A stretch of 64,000 nucleotides of DNA, from NCBI GenBank assembly GCA_943354165.1, contig CALRBH010000003.1:5149-69148 (forward strand). Direction: 5' to 3'. The position numbers were made by a program, and so were the translations under genes. Source of the stretch: Candidatus Uhrbacteria bacterium RIFOXYB12_FULL_58_10. GTDB taxonomy: Bacteria > Patescibacteriota > Patescibacteriia > UBA9934 > GWF2-40-263. This document shows positions 35,333-44,604 of this stretch, piece by piece (position 1 is the first letter of the stretch; the number at the start of each line of letters is the position of its first letter). The notes under the pieces were generated by a model that was not told the DNA's origin, did no database searches, and saw only the letters and a program-made list of their open reading frames with translations.

Positions 35333-36037
35333 TAGGGAGTGACTCATCATAATGCGGACCGCACTCAAACGCTTTTTCATGGCACTCAAGTTGTGTGGTT
35401 CATGAGGATCCTTATTGACCCAGGAACCAACATGGGTGCTTCGCGCATGTTCGCCGCGACATCGAATAAGGAACAGCCCGTTCGCGAACACGACGTCTGG
35501 GCCGCCGTCCTTCGATTCACGCAGGATTCCGAGCTTGCGTGCCAGTCCCATGCTCGGAAAGCAGGGAAGGATCGGAAGGGATCCGTGGATGGTAATAGGG
35601 ATGGCTTCATCCCACGCGGTCCAGTGCTCGTTGGCAAACACGATGAGCGGAAGCGATTCTTCCAGACAAAATTGGATGAGAGGAAGCGTCAACATGTGCT
35701 GACGCTGCTTGTCATCCAACGGGGATGGAAGGGAATAAAAGGAACTGAAGGAAGCAATGAGACAGAGCGTTTCCTCCTTTCCGCGCTTCATGGGTTCGAT
35801 CAGCGTGCGGATTTCCGTACTCGGCGCAAAAACGAACGGATCATCTAGGAACGTGGGGACATAAATCTTATTCGGTCCCGGGGTCCCGTCAAATTCCTTT
35901 TCGAGGAGGTCGGGCAGGAATGTGACATGGAAAAGAGTATTGAATGTCGCCGTGTCGTCCGGCGGGGTGTCCGGATAGGAAAGATTTGCCGGATCCCCGG
36001 CAGGCGGCCGGGAATCGTTGGTCACAAGTATCTCCAA
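35330..36037 (-). CDS. Hypothetical protein
   Basis: 235-aa ORF with protein-like composition. Its plus-strand shadow ORF looks like junk. No family recognised. Confidence 0.4.
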   Translation of the reverse strand: MEILVTNDSRPPAGDPANLSYPDTPPDDTATFNTLFHVTFLPDLLEKEFDGTPGPNKIYVPTFLDDPFVFAPSTEIRTLIEPMKRGKEETLCLIASFSSFYSLPSPLDDKQRQHMLTLPLIQFCLEESLPLIVFANEHWTAWDEAIPITIHGSLPILPCFPSMGLARKLGILRESKDGGPDVVFANGLFLIRCRGEHARSTHVGSWVNKDPHEPHNLSAMKKRLSAVRIMMSHSL

Positions 36038-36130
36038 GTTGGTGAAGGTCGAATAGTGGTATATTCGGTGGTTTTGTCAATCCATTGCGCTTCACAAAAC
36101 CGAGAGAATCTGGCACACTGCGCCCCGCAG

Positions 36131-36204
36131 AGGGGCGTAGTGAAGTGGTATCACGCGGGTCTCCAAAACCCTCATTGTTGGTTCGATTCCAACCGCCCCT
36201 GCCA
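36131..36204 (+). tRNA. tRNA-Trp (anticodon CCA)
   Basis: Acceptor aggggcg/cgcccct, D-stem gtga/tcac, anticodon loop ctCCAaa, T-arm gttggttcgattccaac. CCA encoded. Confidence 0.8.
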
Positions 36205-36287
36205 GGCAACTGCCGCGGAGCCACAGATTCCACGCTCCGCGGCAACTGCCTGGCCTGCCATCGTATCGCAGAGTAAAATGGGTTCGT

Positions 36288-36578
36288 ATGTTTACGAGCC
36301 CATTTTACGTCTATGTCTGTATCAGTTTGAAGGACAAGAAACTGTATGTTGGCTCGACAAACAATCTTGAACGTCGACAAAAAGAACATGCGGATGGTCT
36401 TGTAACTTCGACCCGTCATCGACTTCCATTAGAACTGATTTACTACGAGGTCTACCTTCTTGAAAAAGACGCTCGTATGCGGGAAAGTTATCTGAAAGGT
36501 GGTGGACGAGCCCGAGCAAATTTATACTTACAGTTAACCGAAACACTTGCGAAGTATCGCCCAGAAATCTCCGCGTAA
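36288..36578 (+). CDS. GIY-YIG nuclease family protein
   Basis: FYVYVCISLKDKKLYVGSTNNLERRQKEH is the GIY-YIG/R/E core. 96 aa. The locus is locally AT-richer than its surroundings. Confidence 0.7.
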   Translation: MFTSPFYVYVCISLKDKKLYVGSTNNLERRQKEHADGLVTSTRHRLPLELIYYEVYLLEKDARMRESYLKGGGRARANLYLQLTETLAKYRPEISA

Positions 36579-36648
36579 ACAGTGGGGATTTTTGTTTCGG
36601 GGTAAGATCGTTGCGCGCATGTGGGTTTGTTGTTAACCTTTCAGAACT

Positions 36649-37143
36649 ATGTCCTCATTCCTGCACGATGTTCGTCGGAGCATATATGATCCTGCGTGGT
36701 ACGCATCATTGTTCCACATGCCTGCCAAGACGGCTTGGACGTATGCGGTAAAATTCCTCTGCACCACATTCGTCATCAGCTCCGTCCTGATTTCAATCCC
36801 GGTCCTCCGTGACCTGGAGGAGAAGACAGTTTCCAATGCCGCTATCGTACTTGCGACGGCACTCTTTTTTTCGATGATCGGAAGCCTCTTCCTGCTTGGA
36901 TTGAATCTGGTGTTTGCGTTACTTGTGATGGTGGTCGCACGTACGAAGAGTCGCTCCTGCACATTTCGCCAGGCATATCTCGTCGGGTTATTCGCAATGA
37001 CCCCCGTTCTTCTCCTCGAAGTCATTTCTAATATTGTGCTGAATTACACAGGGGTTTCGCTTCCGTCCGGCATTGGATTCAATATAGGTGTATTTCTCTT
37101 CTTCTTGTACCTGAACCTCTCCGGTCGTCGGATGGAGGGCTGA
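36649..37143 (+). CDS. Hypothetical multi-pass membrane protein
   Basis: 164 aa with 4-5 hydrophobic helices. Confidence 0.5.
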   Translation: MSSFLHDVRRSIYDPAWYASLFHMPAKTAWTYAVKFLCTTFVISSVLISIPVLRDLEEKTVSNAAIVLATALFFSMIGSLFLLGLNLVFALLVMVVARTKSRSCTFRQAYLVGLFAMTPVLLLEVISNIVLNYTGVSLPSGIGFNIGVFLFFLYLNLSGRRMEG

Positions 37144-37306
37144 GCCATGCATTCGTATTAAAGGAGAGTTCTAACCTCGTCCGCTAGCCCCTGCCACAAA
37201 AAATCTTGCTCAAAAAAGTAGGATTTTTTGTTTGGGAAGGTAGGAATGCAACAGATAGGCGAATTGCGCTTTAACAGGTAAGCTTCTTCCAAATTCTTTC
37301 TAGAGT

Positions 37307-39013
37307 ATGAACACACGTTTCAAACGATTTCAGGCTGGTCTCATTGGAATAGGTTGCCTCGCACTGGCGACGATCGCCTTTCATGTTTCCGCGGAGACCG
37401 TTGGATCCTGTCCCGTCCAGATGGGGAAGCCGTACCGCAGCGTGGAATCTTCCACGGTGTTTATTGTTACGCAAGAATGCGAAAAGCGTCCCGTCTTTAA
37501 CCCTGACGTCTTCTTTTCGCACTTCGCCTCCTTTAAGGACGTGAAGTTCGTGAAAGCGTCCATCCTCGCTTCTATTCCTGACTCCAAGCTCAAGTTCATG
37601 CCCTGGGGACCACTCCGGACATTTGGTACAGGTTCGCTTGTTAAAACGGTCACGGATCCAAAAGTGTACCTTTTGGTCGGTGCTAAAGCGCATCCCATCC
37701 GGAACGAACAGGGATTTACGGAACTCGGTCTGAAGTTTTCCGACATCGAAGACGTGACGGAGGACGTGCTCGTAAAATTTAAGAAACAGAAGATCGCTAT
37801 TCAAGGGACAGAAAACGTTCCGGAGTTCCTCGTATTTAAATATCCGAACAGCCCTGAAGTTTATTTGATTCGCCGCATTAACGGCGGCGAGCGCAAGCGA
37901 ACGCATATCACCACCATGGAGGAACTTAAGCGACTCGCCCGCTTGGATCGCATCATGGTTCTCCCACGTTCCGTTTCGTTCCCGCTTGATACGTCACCGA
38001 TCGCGACCCCTGTCACCGAACCAGTCGTGACACCAACACCAACACCAACGCCTACATCAGCTCCGACACCTACGCCAACAGCTGAACAGAGTGTCCATGG
38101 ACCAACCGGCGGGCCGCATATCGATGTATCCGCGATCCCGACAGGTCATCCTGGGGTAGATCATGTACGGATCATTCCGGCGCCGTTCGCGCGGAGAGTC
38201 GCGGATGGAGTTGGCGCATTCCGCACGCAGTGTCAGATGTCGCACATGAATTTTGACGACCCGATGGTCTTTCCAGGTCAGGTCGGTGCTTCGCACCTGC
38301 ACGCATTCTTCGGCCACAGTTCCATCGACGCGTTCCTGCAACCGGGACATCTCCGCGATGCGGGGGTGAAGAGCACGTGTGGGGGAGGTACCGCCAATAA
38401 TTCCGGCTACTGGGTTCCGGCCCTCATTGGCAAGGACGGCGTTCCGCTCGTTCCGACGAACAACATCGTGTACTACAAGAGCGGGTACGGCGGAGTGGAT
38501 CCAGAGGACGTGCAGGAATTCCCACAAGGGCTCCGCATGATCGCGGGGAACGCTAAATCGAGCGCATCACAACTGCCGCTTGCGTACTGGGAGTGCGTGG
38601 ACACGTCGAGCGAACATTTCGGCAGCATCCCAGCCACCTGCCCGTCAGGGACCAAGGAATTCCAGATGTCGGTAAGCTTCCCGCAGTGTTGGGATGGGAA
38701 GAACCTCGATTCATCGGATCACAAGAGTCACATGGCGTATCCGAATAACGGATGCCCATCAACGCATCCAGTGCCTGTTCCCGCCATCTCTTTCAATATT
38801 CGCTACGCCGTTCCTACAAGCGGAATGGCCAGTCTTCGCCTCGCCTCCGACATGTATTCGACGGATCTCCCGGGAGGACTCTCTGCCCACGGCGACTGGT
38901 GGGACGGATGGGACCACGAGATCGTAAAGAAATGGATGTTGAATTGCGTGAACGCCGGGATGGATTGCGGCGGGGGGCTTATCAGTGATACGGAATATCT
39001 CGAGCACGATTAG
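37307..39013 (+). CDS. Secreted protein with PT-rich linker and C-terminal DUF1996 domain
   Basis: Signal peptide. TPTPTPTPTSAPTPTPT linker. ...GASHLHAFFGHS... motif characteristic of DUF1996. Confidence 0.65.
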   Translation: MNTRFKRFQAGLIGIGCLALATIAFHVSAETVGSCPVQMGKPYRSVESSTVFIVTQECEKRPVFNPDVFFSHFASFKDVKFVKASILASIPDSKLKFMPWGPLRTFGTGSLVKTVTDPKVYLLVGAKAHPIRNEQGFTELGLKFSDIEDVTEDVLVKFKKQKIAIQGTENVPEFLVFKYPNSPEVYLIRRINGGERKRTHITTMEELKRLARLDRIMVLPRSVSFPLDTSPIATPVTEPVVTPTPTPTPTSAPTPTPTAEQSVHGPTGGPHIDVSAIPTGHPGVDHVRIIPAPFARRVADGVGAFRTQCQMSHMNFDDPMVFPGQVGASHLHAFFGHSSIDAFLQPGHLRDAGVKSTCGGGTANNSGYWVPALIGKDGVPLVPTNNIVYYKSGYGGVDPEDVQEFPQGLRMIAGNAKSSASQLPLAYWECVDTSSEHFGSIPATCPSGTKEFQMSVSFPQCWDGKNLDSSDHKSHMAYPNNGCPSTHPVPVPAISFNIRYAVPTSGMASLRLASDMYSTDLPGGLSAHGDWWDGWDHEIVKKWMLNCVNAGMDCGGGLISDTEYLEHD

Positions 39014-39082
39014 TTAGTAGATAGTAGTAAGTAGTTAGTAGGTTTCTTTTCGATAAACCCTACTAACTACTTACTACTAACT
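39013..39082. repeat. AGTAGWW-heptamer palindromic element, copy 7
   Basis: Left arm 39013-39042 overlaps the TAG stop. Right arm 39061-39082. Downstream small ORF ATG at 39093. Confidence 0.85.
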
Positions 39083-39092
39083 CTCGACCCCT

Positions 39093-39248
39093 ATGAACTG
39101 CCCAAACTGCAATAAGGCGATGAAATACCTGCGTGGAGATATGAGCACAGGCAAGCCGGGAAAGAAATATGATCGCTCATTCTATGAGTGTCGGTTTTGC
39201 GATGTCTGGGTGACAGTTGAGCTACCGCAGGAAAAGGAGGCTGAGTAG
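39093..39248 (+). CDS. Small zinc-ribbon protein (51 aa)
   Basis: MNCPNCNKAMKYL...YECRFCDVWV has a CxxC...CxxC pattern. Sits tightly between the element and engB. Not in the ORF track (<60 aa). Confidence 0.45.
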   Translation: MNCPNCNKAMKYLRGDMSTGKPGKKYDRSFYECRFCDVWVTVELPQEKEAE

Positions 39249-39266
39249 AGACAAATTGGGCTAGAA

Positions 39267-39857
39267 GTGGTAACTAGTACGGACATGATTGCTACGTTTC
39301 TCAAAAGCGTCACCGACCTGGCGGAGCTTCCATACGGGGAGAAGCCGCATATTGCCATGGTTGGACGGTCTAATGTGGGGAAATCCACCCTTATTAACCG
39401 TCTTACGCAGAAAAAGCACCTGGCGCGCGTGAGCTCGGCGCCTGGGCGGACGCAGACCATCAACCTGTATGACGTAGACGGGCGCGTCTACCTCGTGGAC
39501 CTTCCTGGCTATGGATTCGCTACGCGTTCAAAATCTGCCCGCGAGGTGTTCTCCCACATGATTTACCAGTACGTAGGGAAGACCAAGCAGGTGAAACTCG
39601 TCCTGCTCATCATCGACGCCCGCCGCGGCCTCATGGATCTTGATAAAGAGATGCTGGAATTTCTCCGCAAGTCACAGATCCCCTCGGTACTGATCACCAA
39701 CAAGATGGATAAACTCTCAAACTCGGAAGCGGGGGAGCTTAAGCGCACGCTCAAGCTCGCGTATCCGGATCTTCAGCTCATCCCGCACTCGGACGTGACC
39801 AGCAAGAACGTCGGGGAGATTTGGCTGGCGATTGAAAACGCAACTCGGGCGGCCTAG
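39267..39857 (+). CDS. engB: Ribosome biogenesis GTPase EngB/YsxC
   Basis: G1 GRSNVGKST, G3 DLPGYG, G4 TNKMD. 196 aa. Confidence 0.85.
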   Translation: MVTSTDMIATFLKSVTDLAELPYGEKPHIAMVGRSNVGKSTLINRLTQKKHLARVSSAPGRTQTINLYDVDGRVYLVDLPGYGFATRSKSAREVFSHMIYQYVGKTKQVKLVLLIIDARRGLMDLDKEMLEFLRKSQIPSVLITNKMDKLSNSEAGELKRTLKLAYPDLQLIPHSDVTSKNVGEIWLAIENATRAA

Positions 39858-41027
39858 ATGCCTATGAAAATCGCCTTCATTCACAATGAGAAAAAGATCG
39901 GCACCGGGGCGCACTACATCAATGACCTGATGAGCAAGTGCATGAAGGAGTCCGGTGTCACGGTGAAGAACTTTTATCCGACCCATCCGCTCATCGACCC
40001 GCCAGTGCATCTCAAAGGGCTTTACAACGTCCTGTTTTTCTACTCGCTTCTTGAGAAGAAAAATCAGATTCTTGGTTTTGACATCGTTCAGGGAACCACC
40101 TACACGCCGCTCGCGTTTCTCCCGTTTTCCATCCCGACTGTCAGTCATTTCGGTTCCACCACGTGGGGGTTCCTTCGGTCCGTGCCTGCAACGAAACCAC
40201 AGGAACCGCTCGGAGACATTTGGGTGCGATTGAAAAAGGACAGCGTGATCAAGCAGCTGAACCTGCGCACCAAGCGTCCGTTGCGCGACGTGGCGGAAAT
40301 CGAGAAGCTCGTGGCCACGCGCGTGGATGCGGTGATCGCCACCTCGGAAATCGTACGCAAAGACTTGCTCGATATTGGCGTTGAGCCGGACCGCATCCAT
40401 GTGGTTCCGAACGCGATTGAGGACTACTGGTTTGAAGGCAAGCCGCTGCAGATCGCCGAACAGCCTTCTTTGGTTTCGCTCGGCCGCATCGGTTCCGACG
40501 TGTTTACGCTCAAGCTGAAGGGGATCGATCGGCTGATCGACTGGTATCAAAACCATCCGTCGGTTCAGAAGCTCACCATCGGCATCACAGTGAATCATGC
40601 GCTCGTCAATTGGTTCCAGACCCATCTCCCAAACCACCGGTTTTTCCCGAACCTCGCCAAGGAACGGATCCCGGCACTGCTCGCAGAATATACGGGCGGC
40701 GTACTGCTCATTCCTTCCCGGTACGAAGGGTTTTCGTTGAGCCTTGTTGAAGGGATGTCCCAAGGCCTCATTCCGGTCGTGTATCCCGTCGGCATCGCCC
40801 CGGAGCTCATTAAGAACGGAGAAAACGGATTCCTCGTGGAGTCGCAGGCCGAAGGAAAGAAATTCATCAAGTACCTGCTGGCTCTGCCAAAAGAAGAACG
40901 TCTGCGTTTGGCGCTTGCGGCGCAGGAATCGGTAAAGAAGTTCAATTCGCGGATCATCACGAAGCAGCTCCTCGCCGTGTACGCCTCGGTACTCAAGCGA
41001 AAAGCTCGAGGTCCGTCGCCGTCTTAA
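39858..41027 (+). CDS. Glycosyltransferase family 1 (GT4-like)
   Basis: IPSRYEGFSLSLVEGMSQGLIPVV motif. Start overlaps the engB stop. Confidence 0.75.
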   Translation: MPMKIAFIHNEKKIGTGAHYINDLMSKCMKESGVTVKNFYPTHPLIDPPVHLKGLYNVLFFYSLLEKKNQILGFDIVQGTTYTPLAFLPFSIPTVSHFGSTTWGFLRSVPATKPQEPLGDIWVRLKKDSVIKQLNLRTKRPLRDVAEIEKLVATRVDAVIATSEIVRKDLLDIGVEPDRIHVVPNAIEDYWFEGKPLQIAEQPSLVSLGRIGSDVFTLKLKGIDRLIDWYQNHPSVQKLTIGITVNHALVNWFQTHLPNHRFFPNLAKERIPALLAEYTGGVLLIPSRYEGFSLSLVEGMSQGLIPVVYPVGIAPELIKNGENGFLVESQAEGKKFIKYLLALPKEERLRLALAAQESVKKFNSRIITKQLLAVYASVLKRKARGPSPS

Positions 41028-41043
41028 TGTATACTGGAGGCAC

Positions 41044-41445
41044 ATGAACCCGTTCCTGATTTTTCTCATCTATTCCGTGATCGGTTGGTTCCTCGATACG
41101 GCCTATCGGTCGCTGTACGACCACGAACTGTCCATTGGAAGTTATTTTAAGGCCCCGATCGCGCCGATCTACGGGTTCGGAGCGCTGCTGATTTTTTTTC
41201 TCCATCCGTACGTGGCTCAGGCCCCGCTTCTTTTGGAAGGCCTGCTGTTTGGGATCATGATCGCGGCGATGGAATATGTAGGCGGCGTGTATTGCGTGCG
41301 GGTACTCAGAAAAAAAATGTGGTGGTACAAGGGGAAGTGGACCATCGGCGGCCATACGCACGCGAACCGGATCTTGTTTTACGGCGTATTGGCCCTCATG
41401 ACCGTCTATATTGTTCATCCATTCATCGTAGCTCGTTTGCCTTGA
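41044..41445 (+). CDS. Small membrane protein (putative ABC-transporter type IV / PF06541-like)
   Basis: 133 aa, four TM helices. Similarity judged from motif memory only. Confidence 0.45.
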   Translation: MNPFLIFLIYSVIGWFLDTAYRSLYDHELSIGSYFKAPIAPIYGFGALLIFFLHPYVAQAPLLLEGLLFGIMIAAMEYVGGVYCVRVLRKKMWWYKGKWTIGGHTHANRILFYGVLALMTVYIVHPFIVARLP

Positions 41446-41938
41446 TCTTCTCGATGAGCGCTTCCGGTTCCAAGCGAATTTTAAAGGCACCGCCAATGGT
41501 GGCGTCGTACGTGGTGTGATGCGGGCGGATGACTTTTTCAAAATGTTCGCCTTGAAGTTCGAGGTCGGCGGCGAGTTCATCCATAGATCCGGACACGGGA
41601 AAAATTTCGATGTGGTCAAAGCCGCTTGCCTGGCTTCCGTCCGGTTTCTGATCGGAAAGTTCTAGGAACCAAATGTCGCCAAGCTCCGTGTTGATGGGCT
41701 GGGCGAATTTTATGATGGCGATGCGTCTTCCGGCGATGATCGACTGGTAGACGAATCCGCTCGTGGATTCGAAGAGGGCTCGCATCCGTTCGAACTCTGT
41801 CGAATCGGCGCACTTGTAGCAGATATGGTCGGCGATGGCAGATGGATGCATCTTCTGGTTCCAGGTGTTGAACATTTGGATGAACGGCTGTGCGGCTTCG
41901 AAAAAGTTTGCCACGGAAGCGAACATACTTAAATGCAA
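41423..41938 (-). CDS. VOC-family (glyoxalase-fold, YecM-like) protein
   Basis: 171 aa. Fold assignment tentative. Confidence 0.45.
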   Translation of the reverse strand: MHLSMFASVANFFEAAQPFIQMFNTWNQKMHPSAIADHICYKCADSTEFERMRALFESTSGFVYQSIIAGRRIAIIKFAQPINTELGDIWFLELSDQKPDGSQASGFDHIEIFPVSGSMDELAADLELQGEHFEKVIRPHHTTYDATIGGAFKIRLEPEALIEKIKANELR

Positions 41939-42927
41939 TACGTGCCATCCTTGTATACCACGACTCCGTCAATCGTGACGGTGGTAACATCGACGAATAC
42001 ATCGACATGATATCGGCTTGAGCGTTTCGGCATCCCCGCCTTCGCGTAAATCGTGTGCTTCTGGCCGAGGGAGAGGTGGATGCCGCACATGCGTTCGTAA
42101 CTACCTACGTCCACGAGCGTACGTGTCTTCGTGAGCGCGCGATTCATCCCGAAGCCGAGTTCACGGACCCAGACGGGTTCGTCGACACGAATCTGATCGA
42201 GAATTGCCAAGAAGGATTCTGGGGCGTCCGGTGCAGCGACGATCAGACCTTTTTCGATGATGACTGTGACAGGTTCGGGAGGGAAGGTGACCCGAAATTT
42301 TTCATCGCCGTACCCAAAAAGTTTGACGGTACCGTTCACACCATCGAGATTCATCGGTTCCGTAAACACTTCGCCAATAGGGAACATTCCACCGACATTT
42401 TTCATCTTCGAGTAGTCGCCGAGGTTCGGTTTTGCTGGTTCCATCGGTGTGTCATACACAAGCTCTGTTCCCGGGCAGGAGACGACAATGCGTTTAGCGT
42501 TGTTGATGAGCTCCATGAGTTTCGGTCCCAACGTCCGATAATACGTCGGATCATACGCAAGCGCGTCCACGTATGTCTCATGTTCGATGTCCGGAACGCG
42601 ACCGAGGTGAAGATGTTCGATCACTTTCAGTTTGCGATTGAACAGTTCAAGACGAAAGCGAAATTCGTTCAGGCGGAAACTCGACGACTGCACCATCACG
42701 ACGAGGTCGCCTGGCGACATGGCGTCGATCGCGCCTCGGACATCGCCCGGAGTCGTCTGTCCGAAGTCGATGAGCTGCGCGTCCGGAAGAATCGTCTTGT
42801 ACCCGGCGGTGAGGAGATTTCCGAGGACGGATTCCGTATCGAACACAAGTAGCGCCTTTGCAGGTGGGCTATAGGCGATGGCCGTAAACACGGTGTCCTT
42901 CAGGTTCTGTTCGAGGATGGATTTCAT
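41929..42927 (-). CDS. Hypothetical protein (possible aminopeptidase-like fold)
   Basis: 332-aa ORF with protein-like composition. Family uncertain. Confidence 0.4.
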   Translation of the reverse strand: MKSILEQNLKDTVFTAIAYSPPAKALLVFDTESVLGNLLTAGYKTILPDAQLIDFGQTTPGDVRGAIDAMSPGDLVVMVQSSSFRLNEFRFRLELFNRKLKVIEHLHLGRVPDIEHETYVDALAYDPTYYRTLGPKLMELINNAKRIVVSCPGTELVYDTPMEPAKPNLGDYSKMKNVGGMFPIGEVFTEPMNLDGVNGTVKLFGYGDEKFRVTFPPEPVTVIIEKGLIVAAPDAPESFLAILDQIRVDEPVWVRELGFGMNRALTKTRTLVDVGSYERMCGIHLSLGQKHTIYAKAGMPKRSSRYHVDVFVDVTTVTIDGVVVYKDGTYCI

Positions 42928-43020
42928 GCGAGGGACTCTAAACCAAAAACCTGGCGGTGGCCAGGCTTGAGACCCTTCAAGTCTGATGACCTTTAGGGTG
43001 ATTTCAGCCTAGGGCTGAAA

Positions 43021-43224
43021 TCACTTACAGCACTTGCACATCCCACAAGACATCTTCATCATCCCTGCGAGGATGAGCAGAACTGGCCAGGCGATATAAG
43101 CCGTACCTGCCTCCATGTAGCCGAGAGCCTTCAGAAGGAAGACGAGACCTATGAGGACGATGAGCAATGGGCCCATCTTGTGGTGCATGTAGCCGCACAT
43201 CCCGCCATGCATTCCTTCTAACAT
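43021..43224 (-). CDS. Small Cys/Met-rich membrane protein (hypothetical)
   Basis: 67 aa with two hydrophobic segments and a CGMCKCCK tail. Weak support. Confidence 0.3.
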   Translation of the reverse strand: MLEGMHGGMCGYMHHKMGPLLIVLIGLVFLLKALGYMEAGTAYIAWPVLLILAGMMKMSCGMCKCCK

Positions 43225-43304
43225 AGGTTGTGGATAAGGTATTCATACCTTCCAGTACACCTTAAAATATTCAAATTCGCCTCTTTCCACATTGAATCGC
43301 CATC

Positions 43305-44600
43305 GTGTTCATGAGACGATGCAGGGAATCCCTCATCGTTTTCCATATGAAGCACGATCCGCTGCGACAGCTTGTCCACCACATCAGTTTTCATCCGCGT
43401 GAACGGCTGGCGACGTTTCTGTCCCTCTCTATCCCCGAACAAGCGGAGATGCTTCGGCACGCGTCGAAACATATTCGCGCAGACATTCTTGCAAAGCTTC
43501 CAAACGATGCGGTCGTCGCCCTCCTCTCGTATCTCGATCCGGATGATGCGACCGACCTGGCGCGCCTGCTCTTGCCGCACCGCAGGGCGGAAGTGGTGAG
43601 GAACCTCAATGAGTCGCTCCAGCGCGATCTCACCGTACTTACCTCCTTTGATCCGGACACGGCGGCCGGCATGATGAATACGGATTACGTTCAGGTGCTT
43701 TCGACGAACACCATTGCGGAAGCAGCTGAACGGTTTAAGGTGCACGAGTCGCGCACCGGGCGTCCGCCGACGATCCTTGTGATGAAAGAGGGGAAGTTGC
43801 TCGGATACCTCCCGGGGCACGCCCTTGGCGTAGCCATGCCAAAGGATCACATCGAACGATACGTGAAGCACGTCTCAACGGTCGTACATGACGCCGACCA
43901 TTCCGCCGTCATCGATCTTTTCCGCAGTCACCCACATGACAAAGCCGTGGTGCTTGGAGTGCGGGGAAATGTCGTGGGAATTATTTTTGCCGATGACGTG
44001 CTCGACGCTCTCAAGGAACGCGAGACGGCCGCCCTGTATAACTTCGCCGGTATCCATGCGGAGGAAAGCGTCACGGATCCAATGTCGGTGAAGGTGAAAC
44101 ATCGATACAAATGGCTGATCATCAACCTGGGAACGGCATTTTTTGCGTCGTTCGTCGTGAGCCAGTTTCAGGATGTCATCAGTCAATTCGTATTGCTTGC
44201 CGTCTACATGCCGATTGTGGCGGGGATGGGCGGAAACGCTGCCACGCAAACCCTTGCGGTGATGGTGCGCGGAATTGCGCTGCGGAAAATCGATCTGCCG
44301 CACGCTTGGAAGGTGATGCGACGGGAAGTGGGGGCGGGGATGGTCAATGGCTTTATTAACGGCCTCATCGTAGCCACGGTCGTCATTGTGATGAACCGCG
44401 ATTTCAAAATCGCTTTCATCTTGGCGTTCGCTATGATGGCCAACCTCATTGTGGCCGCCTGCTTCGGAACCATCGTCCCGCTCATCATGCAACGGCTTGG
44501 GAAGGATCCTGCGGCCTCGGCAACCATTTTTATTACCACAGCGACCGACGTGCTCGGGTTCCTCGTGTTCCTAGGGCTTGCGCAGGCGATCCTGTTGTAA
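43305..44600 (+). CDS. mgtE: Magnesium transporter MgtE
   Basis: MgtE N-domain, tandem CBS, and C-terminal TM domain with PIVAGMGGNAATQT motif. Confidence 0.85.
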   Translation: MFMRRCRESLIVFHMKHDPLRQLVHHISFHPRERLATFLSLSIPEQAEMLRHASKHIRADILAKLPNDAVVALLSYLDPDDATDLARLLLPHRRAEVVRNLNESLQRDLTVLTSFDPDTAAGMMNTDYVQVLSTNTIAEAAERFKVHESRTGRPPTILVMKEGKLLGYLPGHALGVAMPKDHIERYVKHVSTVVHDADHSAVIDLFRSHPHDKAVVLGVRGNVVGIIFADDVLDALKERETAALYNFAGIHAEESVTDPMSVKVKHRYKWLIINLGTAFFASFVVSQFQDVISQFVLLAVYMPIVAGMGGNAATQTLAVMVRGIALRKIDLPHAWKVMRREVGAGMVNGFINGLIVATVVIVMNRDFKIAFILAFAMMANLIVAACFGTIVPLIMQRLGKDPAASATIFITTATDVLGFLVFLGLAQAILL

Positions 44601-44604
44601 TGAT

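Noticed and set aside
35339-35848. 169-aa plus-strand ORF overlapping the 35330-36037 minus-strand gene
   Set aside because: The minus-strand ORF is longer and more protein-like. The plus ORF is Arg/Lys-rich and lacks hydrophobic-core periodicity. The rpmG terminator just upstream fits a convergent arrangement.
3785-39082. Possibility that the AGTAG repeats are CRISPR arrays
   Set aside because: Each locus is a single inverted repeat (palindrome) rather than an array of direct repeats separated by unique spacers. No cas genes nearby.
43021-43246. Two overlapping small minus-strand ORFs (67 and 73 aa)
   Set aside because: Only the 67-aa membrane-like ORF is retained, at low confidence. The 73-aa ORF in the other frame looks like a shadow.
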